60,305 bases of DNA from a virus (Duplodnaviria > Caudoviricetes). A program made the position numbers and the translations under genes. The notes below the pieces were generated by a model, which searched no databases, was not told the origin of the DNA, and saw only the letters and a program-made list of their open reading frames with translations. This document shows positions 40,001-48,957 of this stretch, one piece after another (within the stretch, counting starts at the first letter, position 1; every line of letters begins with the position of its first letter). Location of the stretch: the IMG/VR virus record IMGVR_UViG_3300022902_000970, positions 1 through 60,305 of that record. One strand, 5' to 3'.

Positions 40001-40540
40001 GGCGCTACACGCTTAGACACGTCGGATGCACAAAAGATTGAAAAACAATTTGGTATTTGGATGAATTATTTTAATTTGGTCAAAGTTCAAGTATTTAGTG
40101 GATTTAAATGGTCCAAATCTTCAGGGACTGATTATGTGATGCAAAATGTTTTCGTAGACATGACTCCTGAACATTTTACAATGATTAAAAATTCTAACAT
40201 GCGAGTGTTATGTCGCCTGACTCCGTATGTTAACGAACTTTTAGACATTACGACTGACAATACCTTGTCTCTTCCTATCTTTGATCAATATTTTATTATT
40301 GAGAGCGGACCAAGCGTCGCTGTCAAAACAGCGACTCAAAACTTAGCTAGCATGACAAAACTTCTTAACGGTATGTCATCTCATACGGATGCACTAGAAA
40401 CGCCTCCTGACTATGTTAATACAGGAACACCAGCACCCACGAAGGAAGCAAGCAAAAAACTAGGTCAAGGCGCTGGATTTGGTTCCAACTTCGGCGGCGG
40501 CGGTCCTGGCGCCGGAACACCAGGCGGCGGCTCTTACTAG
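37025..40540 (+). CDS. Large hypothetical virion protein (about 1170 aa)
   Basis: Long ORF with a Gly-rich C-terminal tail. True start is probably ATG 37031 (AGGAG upstream, overlapping the previous TGA). Confidence 0.7.
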   Translation: MRMTVPISNNQLIGDFLPKVFVKRILLTEAGGSTDTRGDNPHIDIPPRSFKETKDGLWAWKDKFKGLKEDEKTTLSTYGAASKKGNKPLSARIDLNFKDSIESNLLGTWFNNEDLKKMIKVQVIACVTVLASKTINQRIYDIKKGISPVEDLGSVIQANSHITSQYFTLATGGGADAGNIMTHSNYDTPDGQTIYDIRSSLQFKFTKPNINHLTFFVLPYIDREVLQDHFNPPLQLDSVDNNMLVGDCRTEPVIKNGEIVTTATAFYDQQGNLYVGSVEWLGNYEVPNSPLYPYAMPSKALLTEETITNTVIQDFRQQNLVKKMDIDFSDAKKNLNVPGFTKKQFFNDKLNNSSNFYTPIMSTRSPKGDVKLCFGVNLEWFLRTNSPYGNLWDNMTPGQKDNLFNSKLFKDVSLIRRRVKSIDDARLLDENNPPSVVTTANSLNSLGDSQKSNIGKESILTRLSIDQFSITETKNKFVYFSARDADIHNQGPGYYQYGLRYTFNDSILGTVQSLVLSLEQDLKVYRQFVYMTRIPKYYDVYTDSFNKAFSSQQANWEGIVPVMLSNFIMLRDLLTGENLVNGNPTDKTNEIYINLLNITSPKTGTPQGVELLLNLVDELLSMTNEIFEIKSVTNTGQGIRNPSPSSPKKEVKSIIREVYFSPQMGGIVDTTVNKNLGYDFLWKTDSEGFLKNTGVAGNIKVNRTSPQGLSSFSYDYFTERTKQETEKYFTSDKLELNLRLPKLENKKIQSTLESQKYKFLSPSLVQTPQLGFVPVLSNATNKIEYDRLNTLYTEIIKRRLNDLDSGFKVDKKELKFLSQNDKEQKYQLEQIISLKGGTVVSTDRGGAELFGLLNPPTEEGQNISFNNLGSPLGPSQTEIEEQSSFETLGSGVPPVDEATAALLQETNYNDAMLGLTIIDAHGGMNELKKFASSINGGGRNKNEIPYVTLEDLVPLPNQLKQLVIINSNTDLDNVQNNLNFKTNTLTASDIEKGATRLDTSDAQKIEKQFGIWMNYFNLVKVQVFSGFKWSKSSGTDYVMQNVFVDMTPEHFTMIKNSNMRVLCRLTPYVNELLDITTDNTLSLPIFDQYFIIESGPSVAVKTATQNLASMTKLLNGMSSHTDALETPPDYVNTGTPAPTKEASKKLGQGAGFGSNFGGGGPGAGTPGGGSY

Positions 40541-40627
40541 TAAAAGATAACAATAATGTTAGAACAACACACATCAGAAAAAGAAAAACTTTCCAGTTTC
40601 AAATCTCAAGCCCAAAAGGACTGCTAA

Positions 40628-43444
40628 ATGGTATCAAAAATTCATCTGACTCCTCTTCAAAGAGTGTATATCGAAGCGGACAACACTAATCTTGTAGACG
40701 CAGAAGCAACTGAAAATAATATTCAAACCTTAGCGCTTACTACTACTATATCTGGCGATCCATTCCGACAGGATGCAAATATCTTTTGGACACAACGTAA
40801 AGTAGTTTCCGATGCAGCCGAACGCAACATGGAATATCTTTACGATCCCGAAGGTCAGTTAAAGTTAATTTCAACCCCTGAATATTCCCTCTCTCCCACT
40901 AATAATGAAGAGTTTTGTATACATAGCACCGCACTAGGAGGAAAGAAAGTTTACTTTAGACCACCACCATCACAGGATGACGCTCTGTGGTCAATGAACG
41001 GATCTAATCTTCCAACTAAAACTGAGCAATATCACGTTTATGTGCCAAACAACGCAGACTACACCCGCTCAAAACTAAACGAGCACCTACAGGGCTCAGA
41101 CAGTTTCCTAATAAATAACGCCTCCAAGACATTACAGCCTTTATGGTGGGAACAGTGGATGGGTAAAAACTTTCCTCAAGGAAGTTCTTTTGGTGATCAT
41201 TATTTTTCTATGGACCTCCCCACTACTAAAGATATATCCTCAATCAGCCCTAATCAAAACTTTGTTCACATAAAAACAAATTATAATTTTTATTTTGATG
41301 AATACGAAAAGGTCATTGAATTTCCTGAAGTCCCTGAAGTTTTGTTACCAAATCTTTATACGTACATGTATGTATCCGATTGGAATTACGATATTAATCA
41401 AGCTAACTGGGATGAGTCACAATTTAAATATTTAAGCCCTTTCGTTAATCATGCGACATTTGGCGGACTCTTGCCAACTGACAACATAATCTCTATTTAT
41501 GCGGAAGGAGGATTGTCGGGACACCCAATGCAACTTGAGCCTTTAGGCTCTCTTAACAGATATCTCGACACATGGTCCAAGACAATAGAACAATATTTTG
41601 ATCCTAATTTTAAATTCAGCGCAGGTATACAAGATTTAGTACTCTCTGAAGTAGTACAGGATTTTGATAAAATTGCTTTTGCTGAAAGTTCTTATAAAAC
41701 AACCTTCCAGCACAACAGAACAGCTAAACAATTTCCTATGAATGTGGAGATTAATTTCTCTACTGACAATAGAAATAACTTCCTTAATATGCTAAAGCAA
41801 ACTAATCAATATGATAATCTGCTCATGTATTTAATGAACAGCCCAGGAGTAAACGGAACTCCCACCGTACTTTCTCAAGCCCAAGCCAAAACATCGATTG
41901 TTACAGATAGATTAGAGTGGAATTTAATAAACTTTTTTAATGAAATAGACCCTTTGACTAATAAATTCAACAGCGTTTTACAGAAAAAACAAGATTTTAT
42001 TTACCTGGGGAAAGTAGTGCCAAAAGCTCCCGAGAATCAATTTTTTAATCAACTAATGGCACTAGGTTTGAAAACAAAATTTAATAATTTTGCTAAGAAA
42101 CACACCAGAGGTTTTCAAGATATTTTAAATGGAAGTGAAGCTTATGAAGAAATAGTGCTGTATGAAATGGAAAAATGGTCTTCTAACATGAACGGCGAGC
42201 CTCAAGAACTACTACAGCGCTTTTATCTTCCAAACGACGAAGATAAGATTTTAACTTTTTTTGACACGCAGGTAAAATATAACAAATTTTATGTTTATAA
42301 AATGTTTGCTTATAAGTTGATTATAGGTTCGACTTACTTTTATTCTCAAGAGACTTCAGCGCCAGGAACTGGAACAGGTGAATCTTATGGGAGCGACCCA
42401 CTCGCTGGAGGTCAATCTCCGTTGGATAGCCCTATATCTTATTACTCCGATACCAAAATGGGAAGTGCGAACCTCACTGTTGAGATCACCCCTTCTCCTA
42501 AAATTGTGAAAGTTCCTTATTATAACGCCGGTCCTCCCCCAGTGTTTAGAGTTTCAGGCGATTCTTACGATTTTATCACAGGGAACCCTACAGACAATCA
42601 AGCACAACATCAAACTACATATGTTTTAGATGCTCCTCCCTTAGCACCAGAAGTAGAGATCGTCCCCCTAATGGAAGATCGCCGTGATATAATCATTAAC
42701 CTTAAAGACACCACAGGAGAAACTCACGCCACTCCGAAAGCTATTTTTACTTCTGCCGATAATGTTAAGTTTGATGACGCACTAATATTTAAATTAATAG
42801 CCGTGATGCAAAAAAAGAATGAAGATAATATTTCTCTAGAACAAGCCACCAAAATCTTTAATGAATGGCACTATTACACGATTAAGTTTTCTTCCGATGA
42901 TCCAGCGAAAGAGTTCCAAATCTTTAGAACTAAAACAAAACCTGTTATCTATCCTCAGTTTTCTAATTCTTTATACGAGGTTGTACCAGGTCCAAATGGC
43001 TCTACGAAGGTAAGATTAAATTACAATGAAAAAAATTATTTTGTTTTTAGAACTGTGGACAATCATGGCAAGTTTTCCAACCCTACTGATGTCTATGAAG
43101 TAGAAATTAAAGAAGATAGTGGAATTTCTTATCCGGTTATAAGAGTATTCAACTTGGTTGCTGAAAATGCCAAAACTTCTAAAACAAAGCACGTTTTTTC
43201 CTTGGCAGGGAGAAAGTTTATTTATCTTAAACCAGCTTTCGAGCAGTGGGAGATGACAGAAAAATATGCTGAAGCAGATTACAATAGTGCTTTTGATATA
43301 CCTGATTTTGGGATAGGCACATCCAAAGAGTCAGTTTTTCAAGAAAACAGAAAATTTAAAATTCGCTTAACATCTAAGAAAACTAATAGGAAAATAGATA
43401 TTAATGTTTCTTGTAAACAAAAGAATAAAAAAGTAATACAATAA
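40628..43444 (+). CDS. Large hypothetical virion protein with FN3/Ig-like C-terminal segments
   Basis: 'FFDTQVKYNKFYVYKMFAY', 'FQIFR...NYFVFRTVDNHGKFSNPT' resemble FN3-like strands. Confidence 0.6.
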   Translation: MVSKIHLTPLQRVYIEADNTNLVDAEATENNIQTLALTTTISGDPFRQDANIFWTQRKVVSDAAERNMEYLYDPEGQLKLISTPEYSLSPTNNEEFCIHSTALGGKKVYFRPPPSQDDALWSMNGSNLPTKTEQYHVYVPNNADYTRSKLNEHLQGSDSFLINNASKTLQPLWWEQWMGKNFPQGSSFGDHYFSMDLPTTKDISSISPNQNFVHIKTNYNFYFDEYEKVIEFPEVPEVLLPNLYTYMYVSDWNYDINQANWDESQFKYLSPFVNHATFGGLLPTDNIISIYAEGGLSGHPMQLEPLGSLNRYLDTWSKTIEQYFDPNFKFSAGIQDLVLSEVVQDFDKIAFAESSYKTTFQHNRTAKQFPMNVEINFSTDNRNNFLNMLKQTNQYDNLLMYLMNSPGVNGTPTVLSQAQAKTSIVTDRLEWNLINFFNEIDPLTNKFNSVLQKKQDFIYLGKVVPKAPENQFFNQLMALGLKTKFNNFAKKHTRGFQDILNGSEAYEEIVLYEMEKWSSNMNGEPQELLQRFYLPNDEDKILTFFDTQVKYNKFYVYKMFAYKLIIGSTYFYSQETSAPGTGTGESYGSDPLAGGQSPLDSPISYYSDTKMGSANLTVEITPSPKIVKVPYYNAGPPPVFRVSGDSYDFITGNPTDNQAQHQTTYVLDAPPLAPEVEIVPLMEDRRDIIINLKDTTGETHATPKAIFTSADNVKFDDALIFKLIAVMQKKNEDNISLEQATKIFNEWHYYTIKFSSDDPAKEFQIFRTKTKPVIYPQFSNSLYEVVPGPNGSTKVRLNYNEKNYFVFRTVDNHGKFSNPTDVYEVEIKEDSGISYPVIRVFNLVAENAKTSKTKHVFSLAGRKFIYLKPAFEQWEMTEKYAEADYNSAFDIPDFGIGTSKESVFQENRKFKIRLTSKKTNRKIDINVSCKQKNKKVIQ

Positions 43445-43472
43445 GAAAAGTTAGAAAATTCAATAAAAAACA

Positions 43473-43481
43473 CTATTTATA
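43473..43481 (+). promoter_or_regulatory. Candidate phage late promoter CTATTTATA
   Basis: Intergenic; the same core recurs at 10881, 32107, 48351 and 59285. Confidence 0.6.
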
Positions 43482-43529
43482 GAAATAAATGAGTATCCAC
43501 ATGGCACCAAGAGATAGAGGAGTACGAAG

Positions 43530-44483
43530 ATGGGTTTCTTAGACAATTCAGGTGACATCATTCTTGATGCAGTTTTGACAGACGAAGGTCGTATGCGTTT
43601 AGCTAGAGGCGACGGCAGTTTTAAAATTGTAAAATATGCGTTAGGCGATGATGAAATAAATTATAAACTTTATGATAAGAACAATGCAAGTGGGTCTGCC
43701 TATTATGACTTACAAATTCTACAAACTCCTGTTTTAGAAGCTTTTACTAATAACGTCTCTTCTATGAAGTCTAAATTAATGTCAATGACAAAGAATAATC
43801 TTCTTTATCTCCCCGTTATTAAATTAAATCGCCTCCAAGGTCCCACTCAGATGTTCGATGCTAACACTTTTTTGATTCTCGTGGACTCAACAACAGAAAA
43901 TAAGTTCAAGTCAACTAATGGAGATTCGTTTCCAAAAGGAATTTTATTCGGACAGACATTAGATTCCGACTCACATATTCTTTTGGAACAAGGGCTAGAT
44001 ACAATTGAAATACCCCAATCCGTCGCCCTGGATTCTGACTTGGTTGAAACTCAATATATCTTAGAAATGGACAATCGCTTTGGAAAGCCTGCCAAAGCAG
44101 GTCCGAGTAATATTCAAATTGCTCAACAGTCTTTTGTCGATGATGATCAAATCGCAAGCTATTACTTCTCCTTAGCTAACAACGCTGACTATGTAAGTGA
44201 TAGCTGGACCGGTAAAGCCGATCCACCTCCCGGCGGCGTCCCCGCTAATACCAATTCTATTCGCGGACCACAAGGTACGCAGTTTAAGTTTGAAATTGCT
44301 TCGTCATTAGATTTGGCAACGAGCACTTATTTGTTCGATCAATTAGGCACCAGCACTACGATTAACGTTAATTCAACCGATCTATCGTGTTTAGTGCTCG
44401 ACAGCACCATTAGAGTCATGGGAGCAACAACCGGTTATACGGTTGATATTCCTGTTAGATATGTAAAATATACCGCAAGTTAG
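43530..44483 (+). CDS. Virion structural protein (tail/baseplate)
   Basis: AGGAG SD. MGFLDNSGDIILDAVLTDEGR..LARG...IVKYALGDDEINY; preceded by the CTATTTATA motif. Confidence 0.7.
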   Translation: MGFLDNSGDIILDAVLTDEGRMRLARGDGSFKIVKYALGDDEINYKLYDKNNASGSAYYDLQILQTPVLEAFTNNVSSMKSKLMSMTKNNLLYLPVIKLNRLQGPTQMFDANTFLILVDSTTENKFKSTNGDSFPKGILFGQTLDSDSHILLEQGLDTIEIPQSVALDSDLVETQYILEMDNRFGKPAKAGPSNIQIAQQSFVDDDQIASYYFSLANNADYVSDSWTGKADPPPGGVPANTNSIRGPQGTQFKFEIASSLDLATSTYLFDQLGTSTTINVNSTDLSCLVLDSTIRVMGATTGYTVDIPVRYVKYTAS

Positions 44484-44494
44484 AGGAAAAATTA

Positions 44495-45688
44495 ATGGCT
44501 ACCGTATTTAAAACACTTACAAATAATGATATCACCACGACGAGGACGCTTCTTCATGAAGCTATCCCAATCACAGGGAGTATCGTTTCTGGTACTTACA
44601 ATGCTGCCGGAGCAGTCGCATTAGGCTCAGAAGCCAATATTAAAACTTATGCACATGGAATGTTTGAATCTGTGTATGATTACCCTTATCTAAGCTCGTC
44701 AGCGAATCATATTATTGATATTACGCTCGGGTATTCTACTTCTTCTTCTGAAAACAATGCCGACAACACTCAAAACAGTAAAAAAGTCAATATTTACACT
44801 GAACTTGCTCAAGTGCTGGTCGGCTACAATACCGACAATAACATCTTAAGGTTCGACGAAGATGGAAATATTAGTGACGGCGGCACCAAAGTTGATGAAT
44901 GTTTCTTTTTGAACTTTTCACGTCTCCTAGCTAAAGATGAAATTAAAAAAGGATCTTTTAACCTTGAATTAGGTATTGGTACTGCTTTTGAAGAAAATCC
45001 TGCCGACCAAGATACTTTTCAAAATAGAATTTTGATTACCGACTACAGCGGAACCTCGGGTTATAAAGTTAATTCACCAGCTGGGGAATATGGAATTCTT
45101 TATGCAAGCTCCTCGGCGCAAGGAGGTTCAACGACACAACCTGCGGTTTTATATACCGGAAGCGCTACCTTTGAACAAGCCGCTTATGGCGTCCCGTGTG
45201 GATTGCTTTTCTATCAAGCTGGCATCGCGGTTGTCTCCGGTTCTGTTTTCAATGGAAATCAAATCGGAGGAATCTTAAACCACTCCTCGTCTTTTCTGGG
45301 CTCTAACACATATGGCTCTCCATTAGCGGGCGATACCGGCATGGGCGGCGGATTTTATTCAGTGACGGGAACATCAATCAACGATATGTCCAACGCTATT
45401 AGAAATCGTATTTATAATGTATCCTTCAACAACACCACAGAGTTAAATTCTACGATTTACTTCTGCCGTGCAAACCACAATGATTTTAATTACAGCACCA
45501 ACCCCACTTACCTGACGGAAAGTAAAATAAGAGTTAAAAACACCTCCACTGATAGTCCTGTCTCTTACGCTACAACGGTAGGGCTGTATTCCTCCGACAA
45601 TGCACTTCTTGCGGTAGCTAAGCTTTCGGAGCCTTTAAAGAAGACTCCTGAAACAGAACTTACCTTGAGAGTTAGACTGGATTACTAG
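44495..45688 (+). CDS. Virion structural protein (tail-collar-like C-terminus)
   Basis: C-terminal 'TTVGLYSSDNALLAVAKLSEPLKK'; paralogous C-terminus with the next gene. Confidence 0.7.
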   Translation: MATVFKTLTNNDITTTRTLLHEAIPITGSIVSGTYNAAGAVALGSEANIKTYAHGMFESVYDYPYLSSSANHIIDITLGYSTSSSENNADNTQNSKKVNIYTELAQVLVGYNTDNNILRFDEDGNISDGGTKVDECFFLNFSRLLAKDEIKKGSFNLELGIGTAFEENPADQDTFQNRILITDYSGTSGYKVNSPAGEYGILYASSSAQGGSTTQPAVLYTGSATFEQAAYGVPCGLLFYQAGIAVVSGSVFNGNQIGGILNHSSSFLGSNTYGSPLAGDTGMGGGFYSVTGTSINDMSNAIRNRIYNVSFNNTTELNSTIYFCRANHNDFNYSTNPTYLTESKIRVKNTSTDSPVSYATTVGLYSSDNALLAVAKLSEPLKKTPETELTLRVRLDY

Positions 45689-45698
45689 GCGATATGTT

Positions 45699-46901
45699 AT
45701 GTCTTTATACAAGTTTGGTCGAAATGATATATTTGTCACAAATATAAAGACCTATCCAAAAGCAAATTTTTTAATTTATTCGGGCTCTTATTATTATAAC
45801 CACGAAGCCCCTCAATCAGGCACATGGTCCGACCCGGTAACTAATGTACCAGTAGGCAACCTTAGCTTATATGAGTACAATGTTGATCGCCCTGCGAATC
45901 AATTTATCTATCCTTTTGTAACCAAGCAAGGCACCCTCACGGCTTTTAAAACTATATCTAAAGACTCTTTCATGGGTTTTGACTATGGAGATGTCTTGTC
46001 TGGGAGTTACCCTCTATCGGCTACTATTGATAGAAAATTTTATTTAGAGTACACAGGGAAGCTCCCTATCCCTACTGCTAATGCCACGTATCGCCCTCAT
46101 GTGATGGCTTTGAGAAATATCCTAAATGACAACCGAAGATTAAGCCCTCATTATCAATTTTCCGCATCGTCTGATAGTATTTTAAAAGGGTGGGATAAAG
46201 ACACTCAAATGATGACGATGATAAGCATCCCATCTATTTTCTACGGGTCATCGATCAAACAGGGTTCTGTAGATCTTAAATTTTACACCACAGGTTCTTT
46301 GGCAGGACAACTTATTGACTATTACAAGAATGGAGAGTTAATTCAATATTCTGGCTCGATTTCCGAAAATAACGGAAAAGTGGCAGGAGTGGTTCTTTAT
46401 AATCAAGGAATTATTTTATTAACAGGCTCTTGGGATGTTTCAGCCCACCAAGAAAAATATAGGAATAGCGCTACTGATTACAATGCTGCTTGGGTTTATT
46501 ATGGAGCCTCTGGTTCTGCTGTCAATGATTATCTTAAAGAGTCAAGCTACACTCTTGATTTCGAAGGAAACCATACAATACCTTCGCTCACTATGTTTGC
46601 TCATGCGAAAAAACATCAATTAAACAACTCTTCTAATCCTACTTTTGTTGTGAGTAGTTCTTATAACACCAACATTATAACTGGGTCTTCCAAATATATG
46701 GAATACGATAAAGTAAAAGTTAAAAATATCGTCAGCAGCTCTTTTGTCAACTATAGTGCTAGTTTTGAAAGACAAACTTATATTTCGGAAATAGGCATAT
46801 ACGATAAAGATAGAAATCTTATTGCGATTGCTAAAGTAGCGAATCCTATGAAAAAGACAGAAAACAACGATTACACATTCAAGCTCAAGATAGACATTTG
46901 A
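45699..46901 (+). CDS. Virion structural protein (tail-collar-like C-terminus)
   Basis: C-terminal 'YISEIGIYDKDRNLIAIAKVANPMKK'. Shares IK.GS, G...Y.QG and N.S.NPT motifs with the 44495 protein. Confidence 0.7.
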   Translation: MSLYKFGRNDIFVTNIKTYPKANFLIYSGSYYYNHEAPQSGTWSDPVTNVPVGNLSLYEYNVDRPANQFIYPFVTKQGTLTAFKTISKDSFMGFDYGDVLSGSYPLSATIDRKFYLEYTGKLPIPTANATYRPHVMALRNILNDNRRLSPHYQFSASSDSILKGWDKDTQMMTMISIPSIFYGSSIKQGSVDLKFYTTGSLAGQLIDYYKNGELIQYSGSISENNGKVAGVVLYNQGIILLTGSWDVSAHQEKYRNSATDYNAAWVYYGASGSAVNDYLKESSYTLDFEGNHTIPSLTMFAHAKKHQLNNSSNPTFVVSSSYNTNIITGSSKYMEYDKVKVKNIVSSSFVNYSASFERQTYISEIGIYDKDRNLIAIAKVANPMKKTENNDYTFKLKIDI

Positions 46902-47434
46902 TATTAGCCCTAGACATTAGCACCAGCATCACAGGAGTAACAATACTTGAAAAAGACGGAACCCTTGTTTATAATGATGCGTGGGACACAAGAAAATACA
47001 AGAACTTTTTTGAGAAAGTAAAACATGTTGAAAAAAATCTTACAGAGCTTTGCAACAAACGTGGGGGAATCGAAAGGGTATTTATCGAGCAATCTCTCCA
47101 GAGTTTCCGATCTGGATTCTCGTCGGCAAAAACTTTGTCAACTCTCTCTCGTTTTAATGGGGTGGTGTCATGGTTGGTATATCGAATTTTGCAGGTTGAA
47201 CCACAATACTTAGCTGCTACCTCCGCTCGTAAATTGTGTGGCATTAAAGTTCCACGCGGAACCAAAGCCAAACAAGTTGTTATTCAACATATTTTAGATA
47301 ATGTCCCTGAAATCCAAATAGAATACACAAAGCAAAACAACGTGAAGCCTCATTGCTACGACAAGGCAGACAGTTGGGTTATTGCTAAAGCAGGACTTAT
47401 TCAGTGTCAACAGGAAGAAAAACAGCAATCATAA
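46898..47434 (+). CDS. ruvC: RuvC-like Holliday junction resolvase
   Basis: ILALDISTSITG, VFIEQ and DKADS form the RNase H-fold catalytic D/E/D set. Confidence 0.8.
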   Translation: MILALDISTSITGVTILEKDGTLVYNDAWDTRKYKNFFEKVKHVEKNLTELCNKRGGIERVFIEQSLQSFRSGFSSAKTLSTLSRFNGVVSWLVYRILQVEPQYLAATSARKLCGIKVPRGTKAKQVVIQHILDNVPEIQIEYTKQNNVKPHCYDKADSWVIAKAGLIQCQQEEKQQS

Positions 47435-48345
47435 GGGAAGTCTTTGGAGACTGTTATGGCTCCGGCTCCGAAATGCTGTTTCACTGCCCTAAATGCGAAC
47501 ACCACAAGCGCAAGCTCTCTATCAATGTAGAGAAGGATGCTTGGAAATGTTGGGTTTGTGATTGGTCAGGACGAAACTTAACCAAGATTGTGCGCCGCTA
47601 TGGCGACCTCTATAATAAGAAGAAGTGGTCCGAACTTGTAAACAAAGTTGAACTTGCTTCTTTTGAAGAGAAGATGTTCGCTGAAGTAGAAGAAGAACCA
47701 GAGCAAAGGGTCGAACTTCCAAAAGAGTTTAAATCTCTTGCGAACAAAACTGTCCCTCGTTCAGCGTCAGCCGCCCTTCGCTATCTCCGCGAGAGAGGAA
47801 TAAAAAAAGATGACATTATAAGATGGAAGATTGGCTACTGTGATTCAGGAGAATTCGCCAAGAGAATCATCATTCCATCCTTTTCCTTAAATGGTCATAG
47901 CAACTACTTTATTGCCCGCTCCTACGATGGGCACTGGAAGAGATACCTAAACCCCAAGGCATCCCGTAACATCGTTTTTAACCACCTTTTCTTGGACTTT
48001 GAGGATGATTTAACCATTGTTGAAGGAGCATTTGATGCAATCGTCGCAGGAACCAACGCAGTTCCTCTTTTGGGCTCAACTTTGCGCGAGTCATCCAAAC
48101 TTCTCCAAGAGATTGTAAAGAACGACACAACAGTTTACATGGCACTTGACCCTGACGCACGAAAGAAAGAAGATAAGATAATGACGCTTCTGCTAAACTA
48201 TGGAATAGAAGTTTACAAAGTTGACTTAAGTGAGTATAATGATGTAGGCGAAATGTCCCCGAACGTTTTCCAAGAAAGAAAAGAAAAATCTCCTTTGGTA
48301 GAAGATAAATTCTATTTACTAACAGAAAGGTTGTTTTCCTTATAA
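47404..48345 (+). CDS. DNA primase (DnaG/gp61-like; Zn finger + TOPRIM)
   Basis: CPKC..H...CWVC Zn-binding, YLRERGI, RIIIPS, IVEGAFDA, ALDPDA, DVGEM. Confidence 0.9.
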   Translation: MSTGRKTAIIREVFGDCYGSGSEMLFHCPKCEHHKRKLSINVEKDAWKCWVCDWSGRNLTKIVRRYGDLYNKKKWSELVNKVELASFEEKMFAEVEEEPEQRVELPKEFKSLANKTVPRSASAALRYLRERGIKKDDIIRWKIGYCDSGEFAKRIIIPSFSLNGHSNYFIARSYDGHWKRYLNPKASRNIVFNHLFLDFEDDLTIVEGAFDAIVAGTNAVPLLGSTLRESSKLLQEIVKNDTTVYMALDPDARKKEDKIMTLLLNYGIEVYKVDLSEYNDVGEMSPNVFQERKEKSPLVEDKFYLLTERLFSL

Positions 48346-48350
48346 AACAA

Positions 48351-48359
48351 CTATTTATT
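48351..48359 (+). promoter_or_regulatory. Candidate phage late promoter CTATTTATT
   Basis: Intergenic, upstream of the MKITK-leader genes. Confidence 0.55.
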
Positions 48360-48381
48360 GAAGATAAAAGAGGCATTTTTT

Positions 48382-48615
48382 ATGAAAATCACAAAAACCA
48401 GACTTAAAGAAATCATTAAAGAAGAGATCGAGGGCTACGATGACCACTATACTGATCCTATTGCCCCACATAGACCGGAGTATCCTTGGACTGAATTTGA
48501 AGGAATAGTGTATACAACGGTTTCACGGGCCATCCAGCGTGGTGATGATGCCGCTGCTCTAATGAAGATAATCAAGCGCCTGCTGAGTGAAGAGCCAACA
48601 GGGGCAAACAAATGA
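48382..48615 (+). CDS. Small hypothetical protein with MKITKTRLKEIIKEE leader
   Basis: GAGG SD before ATG 48382; preceded by CTATTTATT; N-terminus shared with two other genes. Confidence 0.7.
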   Translation: MKITKTRLKEIIKEEIEGYDDHYTDPIAPHRPEYPWTEFEGIVYTTVSRAIQRGDDAAALMKIIKRLLSEEPTGANK

Positions 48616-48656
48616 AAATCACGAAAACAAGACTTAAAGAAATCATTAAAGAAGAA
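48382..48656 (+). repeat. 45-bp direct repeat (48382-48426 and 48612-48656; diverged third copy 60047-60091) encoding a shared N-terminal peptide
   Basis: Copies 1 and 2 differ at 3 positions, all synonymous third-codon positions. Confidence 0.9.
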
Positions 48657-48884
48657 GTTGTTAAAATCTTCGAAGCAGGACGACCCCATGCGTTACGCGG
48701 CGGACGAACCATGAAAGACCTAGATGACGATGCAAAAACTAGAGAAACCGATTTCTTAAAAAAGAAAAAGGATGAAAAGGAAGAAGAAGAACTCGATGAA
48801 ACTTCTGCCTCGGGCACTGGAGCAGTTGCAGGTTCCTCTGTCGGTCCTATGTCCCCCAGGCGCAAACCAGTCAAAGAACAATGA
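48612..48884 (+). CDS. Small hypothetical protein with MKITKTRLKEIIKEE leader
   Basis: ATGA overlap with the upstream gene; its first 15 residues are identical to those of the upstream protein. Confidence 0.7.
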   Translation: MKITKTRLKEIIKEEVVKIFEAGRPHALRGGRTMKDLDDDAKTRETDFLKKKKDEKEEEELDETSASGTGAVAGSSVGPMSPRRKPVKEQ

Positions 48885-48923
48885 CCGGACCTCGATCGCT
48901 AGTATAACGATTTAAATAACCTC

Positions 48924-48951
48924 TTGATTAACTGCAAATAGTGATTATAAT
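48924..48951 (+). promoter_or_regulatory. Sigma70-type promoter (TTGATT-16 nt-TATAAT), probably giving a leaderless mRNA
   Basis: -35 at 48924-48929, perfect -10 at 48946-48951, ATG 6 nt later at 48958, no SD. Confidence 0.65.
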
Positions 48952-48957
48952 ATACGC

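Noticed and set aside
48382-48656. 45-bp direct repeat as a CRISPR array, DGR template/variable repeat or att site
   Set aside because: Only 2-3 copies, all at gene starts. Differences are at synonymous positions with no adenine-specific pattern, and there is no cas or reverse transcriptase gene.
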